Origin: a virus
Taxonomy: Duplodnaviria; Caudoviricetes
Length of the DNA: 64,000 nucleotides
Direction: 5' to 3' (one strand)
IMG/VR virus record: IMGVR_UViG_3300020596_000001
Coordinates: 545-64,544 of that record
Numbering within the stretch: the first letter of the stretch is position 1; each line of letters begins with the position of its first letter. Below the pieces are notes generated by a model. That model did no database searches. It was given only the letters and a program-made list of their open reading frames with translations, and was not told the DNA's origin. Positions 36,799 to 47,014 of the stretch are shown here, one piece after another. Position numbers and translations under genes: made by a program.

Positions 36799-36843
36799 TT
36801 GCCCCCGGCATCAGTCGCCAAACTGCAATGCACATTGCAATAT
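36799..36843 (+). promoter_or_regulatory. Putative late promoter motif, copy 3 (terS-hldA-gmhA-terL)
   Basis: TTGCCCCCGGC-ATCAGTC-GCCAAA-N15-CAATAT, then 8 nt to ATG 36852. Confidence 0.7.
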
Positions 36844-36851
36844 CGGCGCAT

Positions 36852-37451
36852 ATGACCGCACCAAAGGCCAAAAAGAAGGCCAAAACACCATCCCGCAAGG
36901 CCTCAATAGACCGTGTAGGTCCATTTGTTGAAGCGTACTTGCAAAACGGGTTGAATGCCACGAAAGCCGCCGTGGCTGCGGGTTTCAGCCCCAAAGGCGC
37001 AGGCGTTACGGGCAGCAGGATGCTCAGAAAAGCTAACGTCCTTGCACTTTTGGCTAATAGACAGGCAGAACTGCAGGAAAAGGCCGAACTCAACACCGAG
37101 CGAATTCTGAAGAATTTGTCCCAGACGCTCTATTTCGACCCGCGCAAACTCTACAACGCTGACGGGTCGCTCAAGCAGGTTACCGAGCTGGATGACGATA
37201 CCGCGATGGCCCTGTCCGGCTTCGAGGTTGTCGAGTCATCGGTCGGCAGGGGCAAGAACGCACAAATAATTACGACCAAGAAATACAAGTGGCTGGACAA
37301 GAACCAAGCCCGCGACCAGGCCCACAAGATACGCGGCCACTACGAAGCGCACAACGTCCAGCCCAACGCAGCCATGGCAGCCGCCGTCGACAAGATGGCC
37401 GGTATCGAAGCCGTCAAAGCAAAATTCGCCAAGGTCCTGGGCAAAGCATGA
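36852..37451 (+). CDS. terS: Terminase small subunit
   Basis: FVEAYL..NATKAAVAAGFS..GSRML..FDPRKLYNADGSLK..ELDDDTA..LDK. Confidence 0.9.
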   Translation: MTAPKAKKKAKTPSRKASIDRVGPFVEAYLQNGLNATKAAVAAGFSPKGAGVTGSRMLRKANVLALLANRQAELQEKAELNTERILKNLSQTLYFDPRKLYNADGSLKQVTELDDDTAMALSGFEVVESSVGRGKNAQIITTKKYKWLDKNQARDQAHKIRGHYEAHNVQPNAAMAAAVDKMAGIEAVKAKFAKVLGKA

Positions 37452-38335
37452 TCCCCGACTTCTCAGGCATTCGTGTGCTGGTGGTGGGCGATGTGATGCT
37501 CGATCGGTACTGGCACGGCGACGTGACTCGGATCAGCCAAGAAGCGCCAGTGCCCGTGGTGGCGGTCACCCGGGTAGAGGAACGGGCCGGCGGCGCAGCG
37601 AACGTGGCGCTCAACTGCGCGGCCCTAGGCGCCAGGGTGGACCTCGTGTCGGTTGTTGGCAATGACCGCGATGGCAGTTGGCTCGCCGACGCCGCATTGG
37701 CCGGCGGCGTTCACAAGATCGCCTTGATATCCGACTCCGTCATGTGGACGACCGTCAAACTGCGAGTGATCGGCCAGCGCCAGCAGATGATCCGGCTGGA
37801 CTTCGAGGGGTCGCCATGCCAAGAATCACTAGAACGCATGGACCACGCATTTCAGGCCATGGTGCTCGGTTGCGACATCGTGATCGCATCGGACTATGGC
37901 AAGGGCGCGCTGCGCTACGTGCAAGACCTGATCCAGATGGCCAAGGCAGCAGGAAAGCCGGTTTTCGTTGACCCAAAAGGCGGCGACTGGGCTAAGTACG
38001 CCGGCGCCACCATGGTCAAGCCCAACGCTCAAGAGTACGCATCCCTGCGCGACATGCGCGACCTCAACCAGATCGGCGCGATGTTGCTGACCAAAGGCGC
38101 AGGCGGCATGACGCTTGAGCTCAACAGCGGCGACATGCACCACCAGGCAGCATACACACGCGACGTGGCCGACGTGACGGGCGCTGGCGACACGGTTATG
38201 GCTGTCGTGGCCTGCATGCGCGCAGCTGGGAGGCCATGGCCCGAGGCGATGGACCTGGCAAGCAAAGCCGCCGGCATAGTCGTTGGTCGCCTGGGCACTG
38301 CGGCGATCACCCGGCAGGAGTTGCTCGATGCTTGA
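37448..38335 (+). CDS. hldA: Heptose 7-phosphate kinase (HldA/RfaE1, PfkB family)
   Basis: VLVVGDVMLDRYWHGDVTRISQEAPVPVV..GGAANVALN..QQMIRLDFE..SDYGKG..VDPKG..DVTGAGDTV. Confidence 0.95.
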   Translation: MIPDFSGIRVLVVGDVMLDRYWHGDVTRISQEAPVPVVAVTRVEERAGGAANVALNCAALGARVDLVSVVGNDRDGSWLADAALAGGVHKIALISDSVMWTTVKLRVIGQRQQMIRLDFEGSPCQESLERMDHAFQAMVLGCDIVIASDYGKGALRYVQDLIQMAKAAGKPVFVDPKGGDWAKYAGATMVKPNAQEYASLRDMRDLNQIGAMLLTKGAGGMTLELNSGDMHHQAAYTRDVADVTGAGDTVMAVVACMRAAGRPWPEAMDLASKAAGIVVGRLGTAAITRQELLDA

Positions 38336-38912
38336 TATCGTCGACAAAGCCCTGGACGAGGCCCACGGCGCATTGCAGATACTGCGCGCCGACTCCGCGA
38401 TGCTTGCGATGATCAGCATGGCCGGCGGGGACCTGGGGCATGCACTCAAGGCAGGCAAACGGGTTTTCTCGTGCGGCAATGGTGGCTCGATGTCAGATGC
38501 GATGCACTTCGCCGAGGAACTGAGCGGTCGATTCCGGGGCGATCGCCGGGCCCTGCCTGCCACCGCTATCAGCGATGTCGGGCACCTGACGTGCGTGGCC
38601 AACGACTTCGGGTACGACCAGGTGTTCTCGCGCTACCTCGAGGCCCACGGGCGCGGCGGTGACTACCTGCTGGCGATCAGCACATCCGGGCGCAGCGAGT
38701 CGGTGATCATGGCCGCCACCGCAGCCCGCGCGCAGGGCATGCGTGTCATCGCGCTCACCGGCAACCGCTGGGGCGACCTGGGCAAACTGGCCGACTATCA
38801 CATATGCACCGAGGGCGGGCGCTATGCTGACCGGGCGCAGGAACTGCACATCAAGGTCATCCACATCTTGATCGAGATCGTCGAGCGGGTTGTGTTCGGG
38901 ACCGGTCAATGA
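38328..38912 (+). CDS. gmhA: Sedoheptulose 7-phosphate isomerase
   Basis: SCGNGGSMSDAMHFAEELSGRF..CVANDFGYDQVFSR..ISTSGRS..ADRAQELHIKVIH. Confidence 0.95.
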   Translation: MLDIVDKALDEAHGALQILRADSAMLAMISMAGGDLGHALKAGKRVFSCGNGGSMSDAMHFAEELSGRFRGDRRALPATAISDVGHLTCVANDFGYDQVFSRYLEAHGRGGDYLLAISTSGRSESVIMAATAARAQGMRVIALTGNRWGDLGKLADYHICTEGGRYADRAQELHIKVIHILIEIVERVVFGTGQ

Positions 38913-40600
38913 TCCGTGACGACCTCGACCAGCTCGCGCCCTCTTTGCAGGCGGCAGAGTTCGAGCAAGTCGCTGATCTGTGGGGGATCGTCGAGTCAGA
39001 CTACGGCGACGCGGGCCGGGCGTGGCTTGGTCGAAATGATCGGTACTACCTGCTCACAAGGCTTCTGCACCGGCTCGATGCGGTACATCCGTGGCTGTAC
39101 GCGCGCTGCCGCGAGGTCGAGGCGGACCCGGATGGCTACCTGGACCTGTGGGCACGCGAGCACTACAAGTCGACCCTCATTACTTTCGCTGGCATCGTGC
39201 AGGAAATCATCCGAGACCCCGAGATCACGATCGGCATCTTCAGTCACACGAAGCCCGGCGCCCGAAAATTCATGTTGCAGCTCAAGCAGGAACTTGAAGA
39301 CAACAAGGAGTTGCAGGCAACATACCCAACCATTTTCTGGTCTGACCCGAAGAAGCAGGCATCGAAGTGGTCCGAGGAAAAGGGCCTGACAGTCCAGCGC
39401 ACCAGCAACCCCAAGGAGGCAACCGTCGAGGCGCATGGCCTGGTGGACGGGCAGCCCACCGGCGCGCACTTCCGGCTGCGTGTGTATGACGACGTTGTGA
39501 CGCTGGAGTCAGTCAATACACCCGAACAGGTGGCAAAGACGACCAAGGCGTGGGAGCTATCAGACAACCTGGGTGCACGCGGCGAGAACGGCAGGCTTCG
39601 GGCATGGCACGTCGGCACCCGGTACTCGTTTGCCGACACCTACGCCGACATCATTGAGCGCGATGCCTTGAAGGTGCGCGTCTACCCAGCAACCGACAAC
39701 GGCCTGGCCGACGGCGACCCGGTGTTCATGACCGCCGGCGCGTGGGCCGAAAAGAAGATCAAGCAGGGGCCGTCGACCATTGCATGCCAGATGCTGCTCA
39801 ATCCGGCAGCTGGCAACGAGGCGATGTTCCGCAAGGAGTGGTTGCAGTTCAGCGACATCAGGCCGGCCACGCTCAACGTGTACATCATGGTCGACCCGGC
39901 GCACAGCAAGAAGAAGGGCAGCGACAACACGGCTATGGCAGTCATCGGCGTGGACGCTGGCAGCAACAAGTACCTGCTGGACGGCTACCGCCACAAGATG
40001 GGTCTGAAAGAGCGGTGGGAAGCCCTGTACGGCCTGGTCAAGCTGTGGCGCAACGTGCCCGGCGTGCAAATGGTCAAGGCCGGCTACGAGCGGTACGGCA
40101 TGCAGGCCGACCTCGAGTATTTCGAGGAAAAGATGCTGGCCGCCAACGACTCATTCCAGATCCACGAACTGAACTGGACCAGCGATGGCAATCAGGCCAA
40201 GGACGACCGCGTGCAGCGCCTGCAGCCCGACTTTGCCGCCAAGAAGTTCTTCCTGCCCATGCTGTGCCAGCGCAAGGTGCCGCTGCTCGACAAGCAGGGC
40301 GATGCGGTGATGGACGTCGACGGTCAGCCGATGACGACCTCTGAGTCCTACGAGACCAGCAACCAAAAGAAGATGCGCGACCAAGGCCAGGCCTTTCGGA
40401 TCTTCACGCCAGCCAGGCGCAGGGATCACGAGGGCAACGTGTATTCGCTCAACAAGGGCTTCTTGGAAGAGTACCTGACCTACCCTTTTTCGGCCAAGAA
40501 AGACCTGATCGACGCAACGTCGCGGCTGTATGACATGGAGCCATTGCCCCCGGTAATCGTTGACGAACGCATGCTCGAACCCGAAACTTTTGCCGATTGA
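38909..40600 (+). CDS. terL: Terminase large subunit
   Basis: LWAREHYKSTLIT (Walker A variant), VYDDVV, VGTRY, IMVDPA..SDNTA, DLIDA. Confidence 0.9.
   Translation: MIRDDLDQLAPSLQAAEFEQVADLWGIVESDYGDAGRAWLGRNDRYYLLTRLLHRLDAVHPWLYARCREVEADPDGYLDLWAREHYKSTLITFAGIVQEIIRDPEITIGIFSHTKPGARKFMLQLKQELEDNKELQATYPTIFWSDPKKQASKWSEEKGLTVQRTSNPKEATVEAHGLVDGQPTGAHFRLRVYDDVVTLESVNTPEQVAKTTKAWELSDNLGARGENGRLRAWHVGTRYSFADTYADIIERDALKVRVYPATDNGLADGDPVFMTAGAWAEKKIKQGPSTIACQMLLNPAAGNEAMFRKEWLQFSDIRPATLNVYIMVDPAHSKKKGSDNTAMAVIGVDAGSNKYLLDGYRHKMGLKERWEALYGLVKLWRNVPGVQMVKAGYERYGMQADLEYFEEKMLAANDSFQIHELNWTSDGNQAKDDRVQRLQPDFAAKKFFLPMLCQRKVPLLDKQGDAVMDVDGQPMTTSESYETSNQKKMRDQGQAFRIFTPARRRDHEGNVYSLNKGFLEEYLTYPFSAKKDLIDATSRLYDMEPLPPVIVDERMLEPETFAD
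40544..40588 (+). promoter_or_regulatory. Putative late promoter motif, copy 4 (in the terL 3' end, upstream of the portal block)
   Basis: TTGCCCCCGGT-AATCGTT-GACGAA-N15-GAAACT. Confidence 0.55.
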
Positions 40601-40912
40601 GGACCAACCATGCCAACACCTGCCCTGAAGCCCCATGAAATCGTTCGCACCAGTGAGCGCCTGTGGTCTGCCGAGGTCGGCATTGCCGAGGCCGATTCCG
40701 TGGTGCAGCCGTACCCAACGGCCTACCGATTCAGCTCTGGCCGCGAGTACATCGAGAAGGTGCCTGCATATGCAAGACCTCCCGAGTGATCCGCGCTACG
40801 ACGAACTGCCCGAGCCGTGCAAGGCGATCGTGACGCCCGGGGAGTGGGCTTGGCTCAGTGACTCCGAGAAGATCAGATTTGTGCAGACCCAAACAGAGCC
40901 AGACGCAGAACC

Positions 40913-41260
40913 ATGACCCAAGAAATCGTCACCGACAACCCGCAAGGCGCCGCCAACGACATCGTCATGTCCAAGGAGATGGCTGAGGCACTGCATGGCG
41001 CATACCCAGGCCATATGTGGGCGGTCGCCTGCGACGGTGAGATTGGATTTGCCGACGTGCGCAACCTGGCGTTGTCCGGTAACTGGGGGTTCAGGATCAA
41101 GCTCACCGAGATCTACAGCGGGTCTGACTTCAAGCGCCGAGTGGTGATGGCCGGCGGCGAGATGCTTGAGCGCTATCGCATGCGCAGAGGCAGATTCAAC
41201 GCCGCCGAGTACAGCGACATCCCGGTTGACAGCGCCGGGTATCTGAGGGCCGACAAATGA
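40913..41260 (+). CDS. Conserved hypothetical protein upstream of portal
   Basis: LHGAYPGHMWAV..VVMAGGEMLERY. Confidence 0.65.
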   Translation: MTQEIVTDNPQGAANDIVMSKEMAEALHGAYPGHMWAVACDGEIGFADVRNLALSGNWGFRIKLTEIYSGSDFKRRVVMAGGEMLERYRMRRGRFNAAEYSDIPVDSAGYLRADK

Positions 41261-43440
41261 ACGAAACCGCACCCGACAAGTTCCTAACGATGGCGCGTGA
41301 CGCGTTCACATCGTCCACAACCTACTTTGACTCGTCCATCCGCACGCAGATCGAGGCAGCACTGAGGCAGTTCCAAGGTGTGCACCCCACGAACAGCAAG
41401 TACCACTCAGACGCATACAAGGCGCGGTCCCGACTGTTCCGGCCCAAGACCCGCGCGACGATCCGAAAGAACGAAGCATCGGCGGCAGAGGCGTTTTTCG
41501 CTACATCGGACGTGGTCACGGTCACGCCCGAGGACAGCGACAACCCAAAGAATCGCGCATCGGCACAGGTCAAGCATGCGCTGCTCAATTACCGGCTCAA
41601 GAAGAGCATCCCCTGGTTCCTGACCCTGATCGGCGCGTACCAGGACGCACAGACCGTGGGCGTGTGCATATCGCACCAATACTGGCGGTTTGATGCCAAG
41701 CGCAAGATCGACAAGCCCTGCATCGACCTGATACCGACCGAGAACTTTCGCATCCACCCCGGAGCGAAGTGGGACGACCCGATCGGCTCGAGCGCATACG
41801 TGATCCACATGCTCCCGATGATGGTGATGGACGTGCGAAAGCGCATGACCAACGAGGACCCAACGACCGGGCAGCCCCGGTGGAAGACGCTGGCCGACTC
41901 CGAAATCCTGGCAGCGCAGAACAGCTACTCGGACAGCACACGCCAGACGCGCGAGCGCAACCGGCAGGACAGCACAGAGCAGCGATCAGCCATCAACGAG
42001 TTTGCAACCGTGTGGGTGCATCGCAACATCATGGAAATCGACGGCGTCGACATGATCTGGTACACGCTGGGCACTATGTCGACGCTCAGTCAGCCGGTAC
42101 CGCTGGAGTCGCACTACTGGCACGGTCGGCGCCCCTACGTCATGGGGTTGTGCATCTTGGAGACACACAAGCTGTACCCGGACGGCATCCCTGGCATCAC
42201 AAAGGACACCCAGGCCGAGATCAACGAGGTGGCCAACCAGCGCATCGACAACGTCAAGTTTGCGATGAACAAGCGCTACTTCGTGCAGCGCGGCAGGCAG
42301 GTCGACATCCGCAGCCTGACACGAAATGTGCCCTCCAGCGTGACGATGATGAACGACCCCGAGAAGGACGTGAAGGTGCTCGACACGCCCGACGTCACCA
42401 GTTCGGCCTACTCCGAGCAGGACCGGCTCAATCTTGATTTTGACGATGTCGCCGGCGCGTTCTCGCAGTCCTCGGTGCAGTCCAACCGCAATCTCAATGA
42501 GACCGTGGGCGGCATGCAGATGATGAACAGCGCCACCAACCAAGTCGGTGCCTACCAGCTGCGCGCGTTCGTGGAGACATGGGTCGAGCCCGTTTTGCAC
42601 CAACTACTGCTGCTGGAGGGAAAGTACGAGACCGATGAGGCGATCATCCGCCTGGCCAGCAAAGCGGCAAAACTGGAGCGAGACTTCGCCATGGAGGCGG
42701 CAAACGAGGGGTTCATCGACGAGTTGCTTGAGATGGACATCACGCTCAATGTCAACGTGGGCACCGGGTCAACCAACCCGCTGGACCAGGTCAAAACGTT
42801 CCTGGAGGCGATGCGATCGCTCAAGGACCTGCTGGCCGACGGTGTGCTGGAGCGCTTCGGGCTGGATGTGTCAGAGGTGATCAAGGAACTGTTCGGCAAG
42901 CTGGGCTACCGCGACGGCGACCGGTTCTTCGACACCGAGACAGAGGACCCGAGCCTGACAAACGCCAAGGCCACGATCACAGAACTGCAAAAGCAACTGG
43001 AGCAAAAGGTGAGCCCGGAGATGGTGGCAGCGCAGGTGCGCAAACTCGACGCGGAGATCGAGACATTGGCCGCCAAGACCAAGGACACGATCTCGTCGGC
43101 GTTCAAGAAGAACGTCGAGGCCATGTTTGCGTCCGGTCAATTCGCACAGATGCTGGCAAGCGTTCCCCAGATCGCGCCAGTGGCAGACGCCATTGTCATG
43201 GCCGGCGGCTACCAGGCGCCCACGCCAGCGGGCATCGATCCCAACTTCCCAGCCATCGAGGCACCGGCGCCCGGCCTGACGCAAAACAGCGTGAAGGACC
43301 CGCGTACCGGTGTCGAGTTCATGCCCGGCGGTGCGGTGGCGGGCGACACAACGCCGCTGACGCCCATGGCCCCGATTGCCCCTGCGTCGGGCGTTGAAGG
43401 TGCCAACCAGGGCATCGAAACCGTGCGGGCCGACTCATGA
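41257..43440 (+). CDS. Portal protein (P22/podovirus-like)
   Basis: 727 aa, after TerL; RSRLFRPKTR, ENFRIHP, QAEINEVANQRIDN; C-terminal coiled-coil (barrel-like) region. Confidence 0.85.
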   Translation: MNETAPDKFLTMARDAFTSSTTYFDSSIRTQIEAALRQFQGVHPTNSKYHSDAYKARSRLFRPKTRATIRKNEASAAEAFFATSDVVTVTPEDSDNPKNRASAQVKHALLNYRLKKSIPWFLTLIGAYQDAQTVGVCISHQYWRFDAKRKIDKPCIDLIPTENFRIHPGAKWDDPIGSSAYVIHMLPMMVMDVRKRMTNEDPTTGQPRWKTLADSEILAAQNSYSDSTRQTRERNRQDSTEQRSAINEFATVWVHRNIMEIDGVDMIWYTLGTMSTLSQPVPLESHYWHGRRPYVMGLCILETHKLYPDGIPGITKDTQAEINEVANQRIDNVKFAMNKRYFVQRGRQVDIRSLTRNVPSSVTMMNDPEKDVKVLDTPDVTSSAYSEQDRLNLDFDDVAGAFSQSSVQSNRNLNETVGGMQMMNSATNQVGAYQLRAFVETWVEPVLHQLLLLEGKYETDEAIIRLASKAAKLERDFAMEAANEGFIDELLEMDITLNVNVGTGSTNPLDQVKTFLEAMRSLKDLLADGVLERFGLDVSEVIKELFGKLGYRDGDRFFDTETEDPSLTNAKATITELQKQLEQKVSPEMVAAQVRKLDAEIETLAAKTKDTISSAFKKNVEAMFASGQFAQMLASVPQIAPVADAIVMAGGYQAPTPAGIDPNFPAIEAPAPGLTQNSVKDPRTGVEFMPGGAVAGDTTPLTPMAPIAPASGVEGANQGIETVRADS

Positions 43441-43721
43441 GCGAAGAGAGCGAGTTGGCCGAGGTCAGGGCGCGTGTGTCGTTCGGTCTCGATGTGCAGC
43501 AATTCATGGGCGGATCTATCGGCAGGCACCTTGCCGGTAGGGCCAACAACGACATTGAGTCGGCCAAGGACGCGCTGCTGACCGTGGATCCGGAGGACGC
43601 CCGGGCCGTGCGCCAACACCAGAACCAGGGCGCAGTCGCTGCGATGTTCCTGCAGTGGCTGGGCGAGGCGGTGACGGCGGGCGAGCAGGCAGAGGCCGAA
43701 TGGATGGCCCGCGAGGGATGA
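43437..43721 (+). CDS. Small head-associated protein
   Basis: Sits between portal and scaffold; ATGA overlap. Confidence 0.6.
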   Translation: MSEESELAEVRARVSFGLDVQQFMGGSIGRHLAGRANNDIESAKDALLTVDPEDARAVRQHQNQGAVAAMFLQWLGEAVTAGEQAEAEWMAREG

Positions 43722-43744
43722 TTTTTCAACCAGGAGTAGATGAC

Positions 43745-44725
43745 ATGGCAACCACCGAGAAGACCGACGACACCCAAACCACGGGCGCACCTGATGACCA
43801 GGCCGCCGAGCAGAAGATCTCCCCGCGCATGGCCGCGATGGACGCCATCCGCGTCAAGCGCGACGACGATGAGGGCGCAGACGAAGACGTCGAGCAAATC
43901 GAGCAGCCGGTAGCCAAGCCGCGAAAGGCCGTAGTCGATGAGGACGATGAGGTGCAAGCGCAGCTGGAGGACGAGCCGCAGCTGCTTGAGCATCCCGACA
44001 AGGTGCGCGTCAAGGTCAAGGTGGACGGAGTCGAGTCCGAGGTGACGGTGGCCGAGGCCATACGCAACTATCAAAAGCAGGTAGCCGCCGACCGGCGCCT
44101 GGCCGAGGCAAACCAAATACTTGCGCAGGCACGCGCTTTGCCCCCGGCGAAGGTAGACAACACGCAAGGCGGTGAGGACACTGCCCAGCAACCGGACCCA
44201 AACGGGGACGGCTTGAGTGCGAAGACCTTCATCGCATCCCTGTTTGAGGGAGATGAAGAGAAGGCGATAGCTGCACTGCAGAAGTTCGTAGGCGAGGGGC
44301 GGAGCAAGTCTCCCACCCTGGACCTCGATCAGATTGCGGATCAGTTGACGCCAGTGCTCAGGCAGCGATTAGTTGACGCGAGTGCATTGGAGAAGTTTCA
44401 GGACGCTAACCCCGACCTGGCCGACGACCCATACCTCACGGACTTGACGAATCGGCATATCGAGGAAGCGATGGCTGGCGGAACGCCATACCAAGACGCA
44501 CTCGGGGCCGGCGCGAAAAGGACGCGGGAATGGATGGTCAGTATGGGGATCAAGCCCGCTGCGACTCCGAATCCGACCACATCCCGCAACGAAAAGCTGG
44601 AACGCAAGGGGAAGATGGACAACATCAACTCTTTGAACAAGACGGCGACCACGACCCAGGAGCCAGTGCAGACGACGAGCGATGTGCTCGCAGAAATGCG
44701 CAAGTCCAGGGGGATGGAAGTCTGA
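43745..44725 (+). CDS. Capsid scaffolding protein
   Basis: Acidic N-terminus; VKVKVDGVESEV..RNYQK..ADRRL; directly before the major capsid gene. Confidence 0.8.
   Translation: MATTEKTDDTQTTGAPDDQAAEQKISPRMAAMDAIRVKRDDDEGADEDVEQIEQPVAKPRKAVVDEDDEVQAQLEDEPQLLEHPDKVRVKVKVDGVESEVTVAEAIRNYQKQVAADRRLAEANQILAQARALPPAKVDNTQGGEDTAQQPDPNGDGLSAKTFIASLFEGDEEKAIAALQKFVGEGRSKSPTLDLDQIADQLTPVLRQRLVDASALEKFQDANPDLADDPYLTDLTNRHIEEAMAGGTPYQDALGAGAKRTREWMVSMGIKPAATPNPTTSRNEKLERKGKMDNINSLNKTATTTQEPVQTTSDVLAEMRKSRGMEV
44138..44182 (+). promoter_or_regulatory. Putative late promoter motif, copy 5 (inside the scaffold gene, upstream of the major capsid gene)
   Basis: TTGCCCCCGGC-GAAGGTA-GACAAC-N15-GACACT. Confidence 0.55.
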
Positions 44726-44752
44726 AGCCAACTTTTTTGTGAAGGATTTATC

Positions 44753-45745
44753 ATGCCAGGTCAAATTTGGGTAACGAGCAGCTTGGGCGGGTTCATGTAC
44801 TCGGACCAGCTCTCGAAGGTATTGCGTTATGCGGTGCAGCCGACGGTGAAATTCCGCCAGTTCGCCGACATCAAGGACGCAGCGGTTCAGGGCAAGGGCA
44901 AGGGCGACACATTCCACTGGAACGTGTACAGCGACGTTGCGACTCGTGGCGCGGCACTGGTGGAAACCAACGTCATGCCTGAGACCAACTTCACCATCAC
45001 GCAAGGCACGATGACGATCACCGAGTACGGCAACTCTGTTCCGTACACCGGAAAGCTTGACGACCTGTCCGAGCATCCGGTCAAGGAGATCATCAACAAG
45101 GTTCTGAAGACCGATGCCAAGAAGGCGTTCGACATTGCAGCCTGGACGCAGTTCAATGCGACCAAACTGCGCGCCGTTCCTACTGGCGGCACCAGCACCA
45201 ATGCAGTGACACTGACGACCGACGGCACGGCAACGCTGACCAACAACGTGGCCATGGGCAAGGAACACGTCAAGGACATCGTTGACAAGATGAAGGAGCG
45301 CAACATCCCCCCGTACATGGGTGATGACTACATCTCCATCAGCCACCCGTCGACATTCCGTCCGTTCAAGAACGAACTGGAAACCCTGCACCAGTACACG
45401 GACTCTGGTTTTCAGATGATCCTGAACGGTGAAATGGGCCGGTACGAGAACACCCGGTTCGTCGAGCAGACCTCGATCCCCAAGGGCGGCGCGGCCAACT
45501 CTGGCTCGTTCGCTCCGTTGACCGATACGGCGGACGCATGGGACAACGCAAAGTCGTCCTGGGCGTTCTGGTTCGGCGCCGATACGGTGGCCGAGGGAAT
45601 TGCCTGCCCCGAGGAAATGCGAGGCAAGATCCCCTCCGACTTCGGTCGCTCGCGCGGGATCGCCTGGTACTACCTTGGCGGCTTTGGCCTGGTCCACACG
45701 GTCGCTGCGCAGTCGCGGATCGTGAAGTGGGACTCGGCGGCTTGA
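44753..45745 (+). CDS. Major capsid protein
   Basis: 330 aa; FRQFA..GKGKGDTF..TITEYGNSV..HP..GEMGRYENTRFVEQT..DFGRSRGIAWY; highly biased codons. Confidence 0.9.
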   Translation: MPGQIWVTSSLGGFMYSDQLSKVLRYAVQPTVKFRQFADIKDAAVQGKGKGDTFHWNVYSDVATRGAALVETNVMPETNFTITQGTMTITEYGNSVPYTGKLDDLSEHPVKEIINKVLKTDAKKAFDIAAWTQFNATKLRAVPTGGTSTNAVTLTTDGTATLTNNVAMGKEHVKDIVDKMKERNIPPYMGDDYISISHPSTFRPFKNELETLHQYTDSGFQMILNGEMGRYENTRFVEQTSIPKGGAANSGSFAPLTDTADAWDNAKSSWAFWFGADTVAEGIACPEEMRGKIPSDFGRSRGIAWYYLGGFGLVHTVAAQSRIVKWDSAA

Positions 45746-45813
45746 CGTGACCCCATTGCCCTTCGGGCCGCGTGCTCGGAGGGCTTCATGACCTACCAAT
45801 CAAGGAGCCAATC

Positions 45814-46176
45814 ATGGCATACGATGACCCAGATTATTTGGTCCGCCGCGAGGTAGACCGCATCACTATTGCTGGAGCCACTACCGAGGGCGCCAAGTTC
45901 CGATCCTTCCAGGCCATGCGGCTGAAAAAGGTCCATGCCGCAGTCATCACTGCTGGCACTGCAACGACTCACGGCTACAACGTGTTCCACGGCACCACGT
46001 CGGTCGGCGCGATTGCCTTGAGCACTTCGGCTGCCGGCGTGTCCGCCAGTTCTGCGCTGCTCAATCTCGACATTGCGGCAATGGCGCAGGTGTCCGTCAA
46101 GTCGCTGGCCGATGCGACAGGTGTCGGGCACATCGTCTACGAGTACGAAGTCACCAACGACGCGGTTCAGTCGTAA
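45814..46176 (+). CDS. Putative capsid decoration protein
   Basis: Small beta-rich protein after the major capsid gene; AAGGAG RBS; followed by a terminator. Confidence 0.6.
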   Translation: MAYDDPDYLVRREVDRITIAGATTEGAKFRSFQAMRLKKVHAAVITAGTATTHGYNVFHGTTSVGAIALSTSAAGVSASSALLNLDIAAMAQVSVKSLADATGVGHIVYEYEVTNDAVQS

Positions 46177-46210
46177 CCGGCCAGTTTGGTAAGAGCAGTT
46201 GCCACTTGAT

Positions 46211-46244
46211 GCGGAGCGCCTTTTACCGGGTGCTCCGCTTTTTT
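46211..46244 (+). terminator. Rho-independent terminator after the capsid genes
   Basis: GCGGAGCGCC..GGTGCTCCGC stem followed by TTTTTT. Confidence 0.8.
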
Positions 46245-46264
46245 CATTTTGAAGGAGAGAAATC

Positions 46265-46453
46265 ATGGACGAAAAGAAATCTGGAATGTACAAGCCCTCT
46301 GGTGTTATCCAGGGCGACACCAAGCCACTGCCTGACCGTGGCGTGACGACTGGTGTGACCGACACCTACGGCGCGGACCTCAGCGGTGACGCGATCAACC
46401 GCCAGGGCGGCGTGGGCAACGCAGCCAAGAGCGACGGCAAGGAAGGCGCATAA
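46265..46453 (+). CDS. Small hypothetical protein
   Basis: AAGGAG RBS; Gly/Asp/Thr-rich. Confidence 0.6.
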   Translation: MDEKKSGMYKPSGVIQGDTKPLPDRGVTTGVTDTYGADLSGDAINRQGGVGNAAKSDGKEGA

Positions 46454-47014
46454 GTGGGGGCCGCACTCGAAAAGAGCCGGCCAAGCGGCGAGGGGAAAGT
46501 AACGTTTACATCGATGCTCTCGATGGAGGCGATCAACAGTTTGCGCCACTACGCCGGTCGCGCGCCAGAGGGCGCTATCGTTGAGGTCGGTGTCTACCGG
46601 GGAGGGTCAGCTTATTTTCTGGCGCAACTCGGTCGCCCACTGTTCCTGTACGACACGTTCGAGGGAATCCCGTACCAAGGGCCACTTGATACGGGAAACC
46701 CGGTTGGCAAGTTTGCCGACACCAGCGTTGATGCCGTGCAGGCCTTGATCCCCTCGGCAACGATCATCAAGGGCCTATTCCCGGACTCGCTGATCGACAT
46801 GCCACCAGTGGGGTTCGTGCATGCCGACGCGGACCAGTACGAGAGTACCAAGGCCATCTTGGATCAGATGCCGCAGCGCATGGTGCGTGGCGGATTCATC
46901 CTGTTCGACGACTTTGGTGTGGTCGACTGCGAAGGATGTACTCAGGCAGTCGTGGAGTCTGGGCGCCCGTTCATGATCATCCCAGACACGGGAAAAGCAC
47001 TGATGGTGATCTGA
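46454..47014 (+). CDS. TylF/MycF/NovP-family O-methyltransferase (start uncertain)
   Basis: GAIVEVGVYRGGS..LYDTFEGIP..IIKGLFPDSL..FVHADADQYEST..GGFILFDDF..GCTQAV. Confidence 0.88.
   Translation: MGAALEKSRPSGEGKVTFTSMLSMEAINSLRHYAGRAPEGAIVEVGVYRGGSAYFLAQLGRPLFLYDTFEGIPYQGPLDTGNPVGKFADTSVDAVQALIPSATIIKGLFPDSLIDMPPVGFVHADADQYESTKAILDQMPQRMVRGGFILFDDFGVVDCEGCTQAVVESGRPFMIIPDTGKALMVI

Noticed and set aside
46265-47014. In-frame TAA between the 62-aa ORF and the TylF gene as read-through or recoding
   Set aside because: A single case; other genes end normally at TAA, TAG and TGA, and both tRNAs have sense anticodons.
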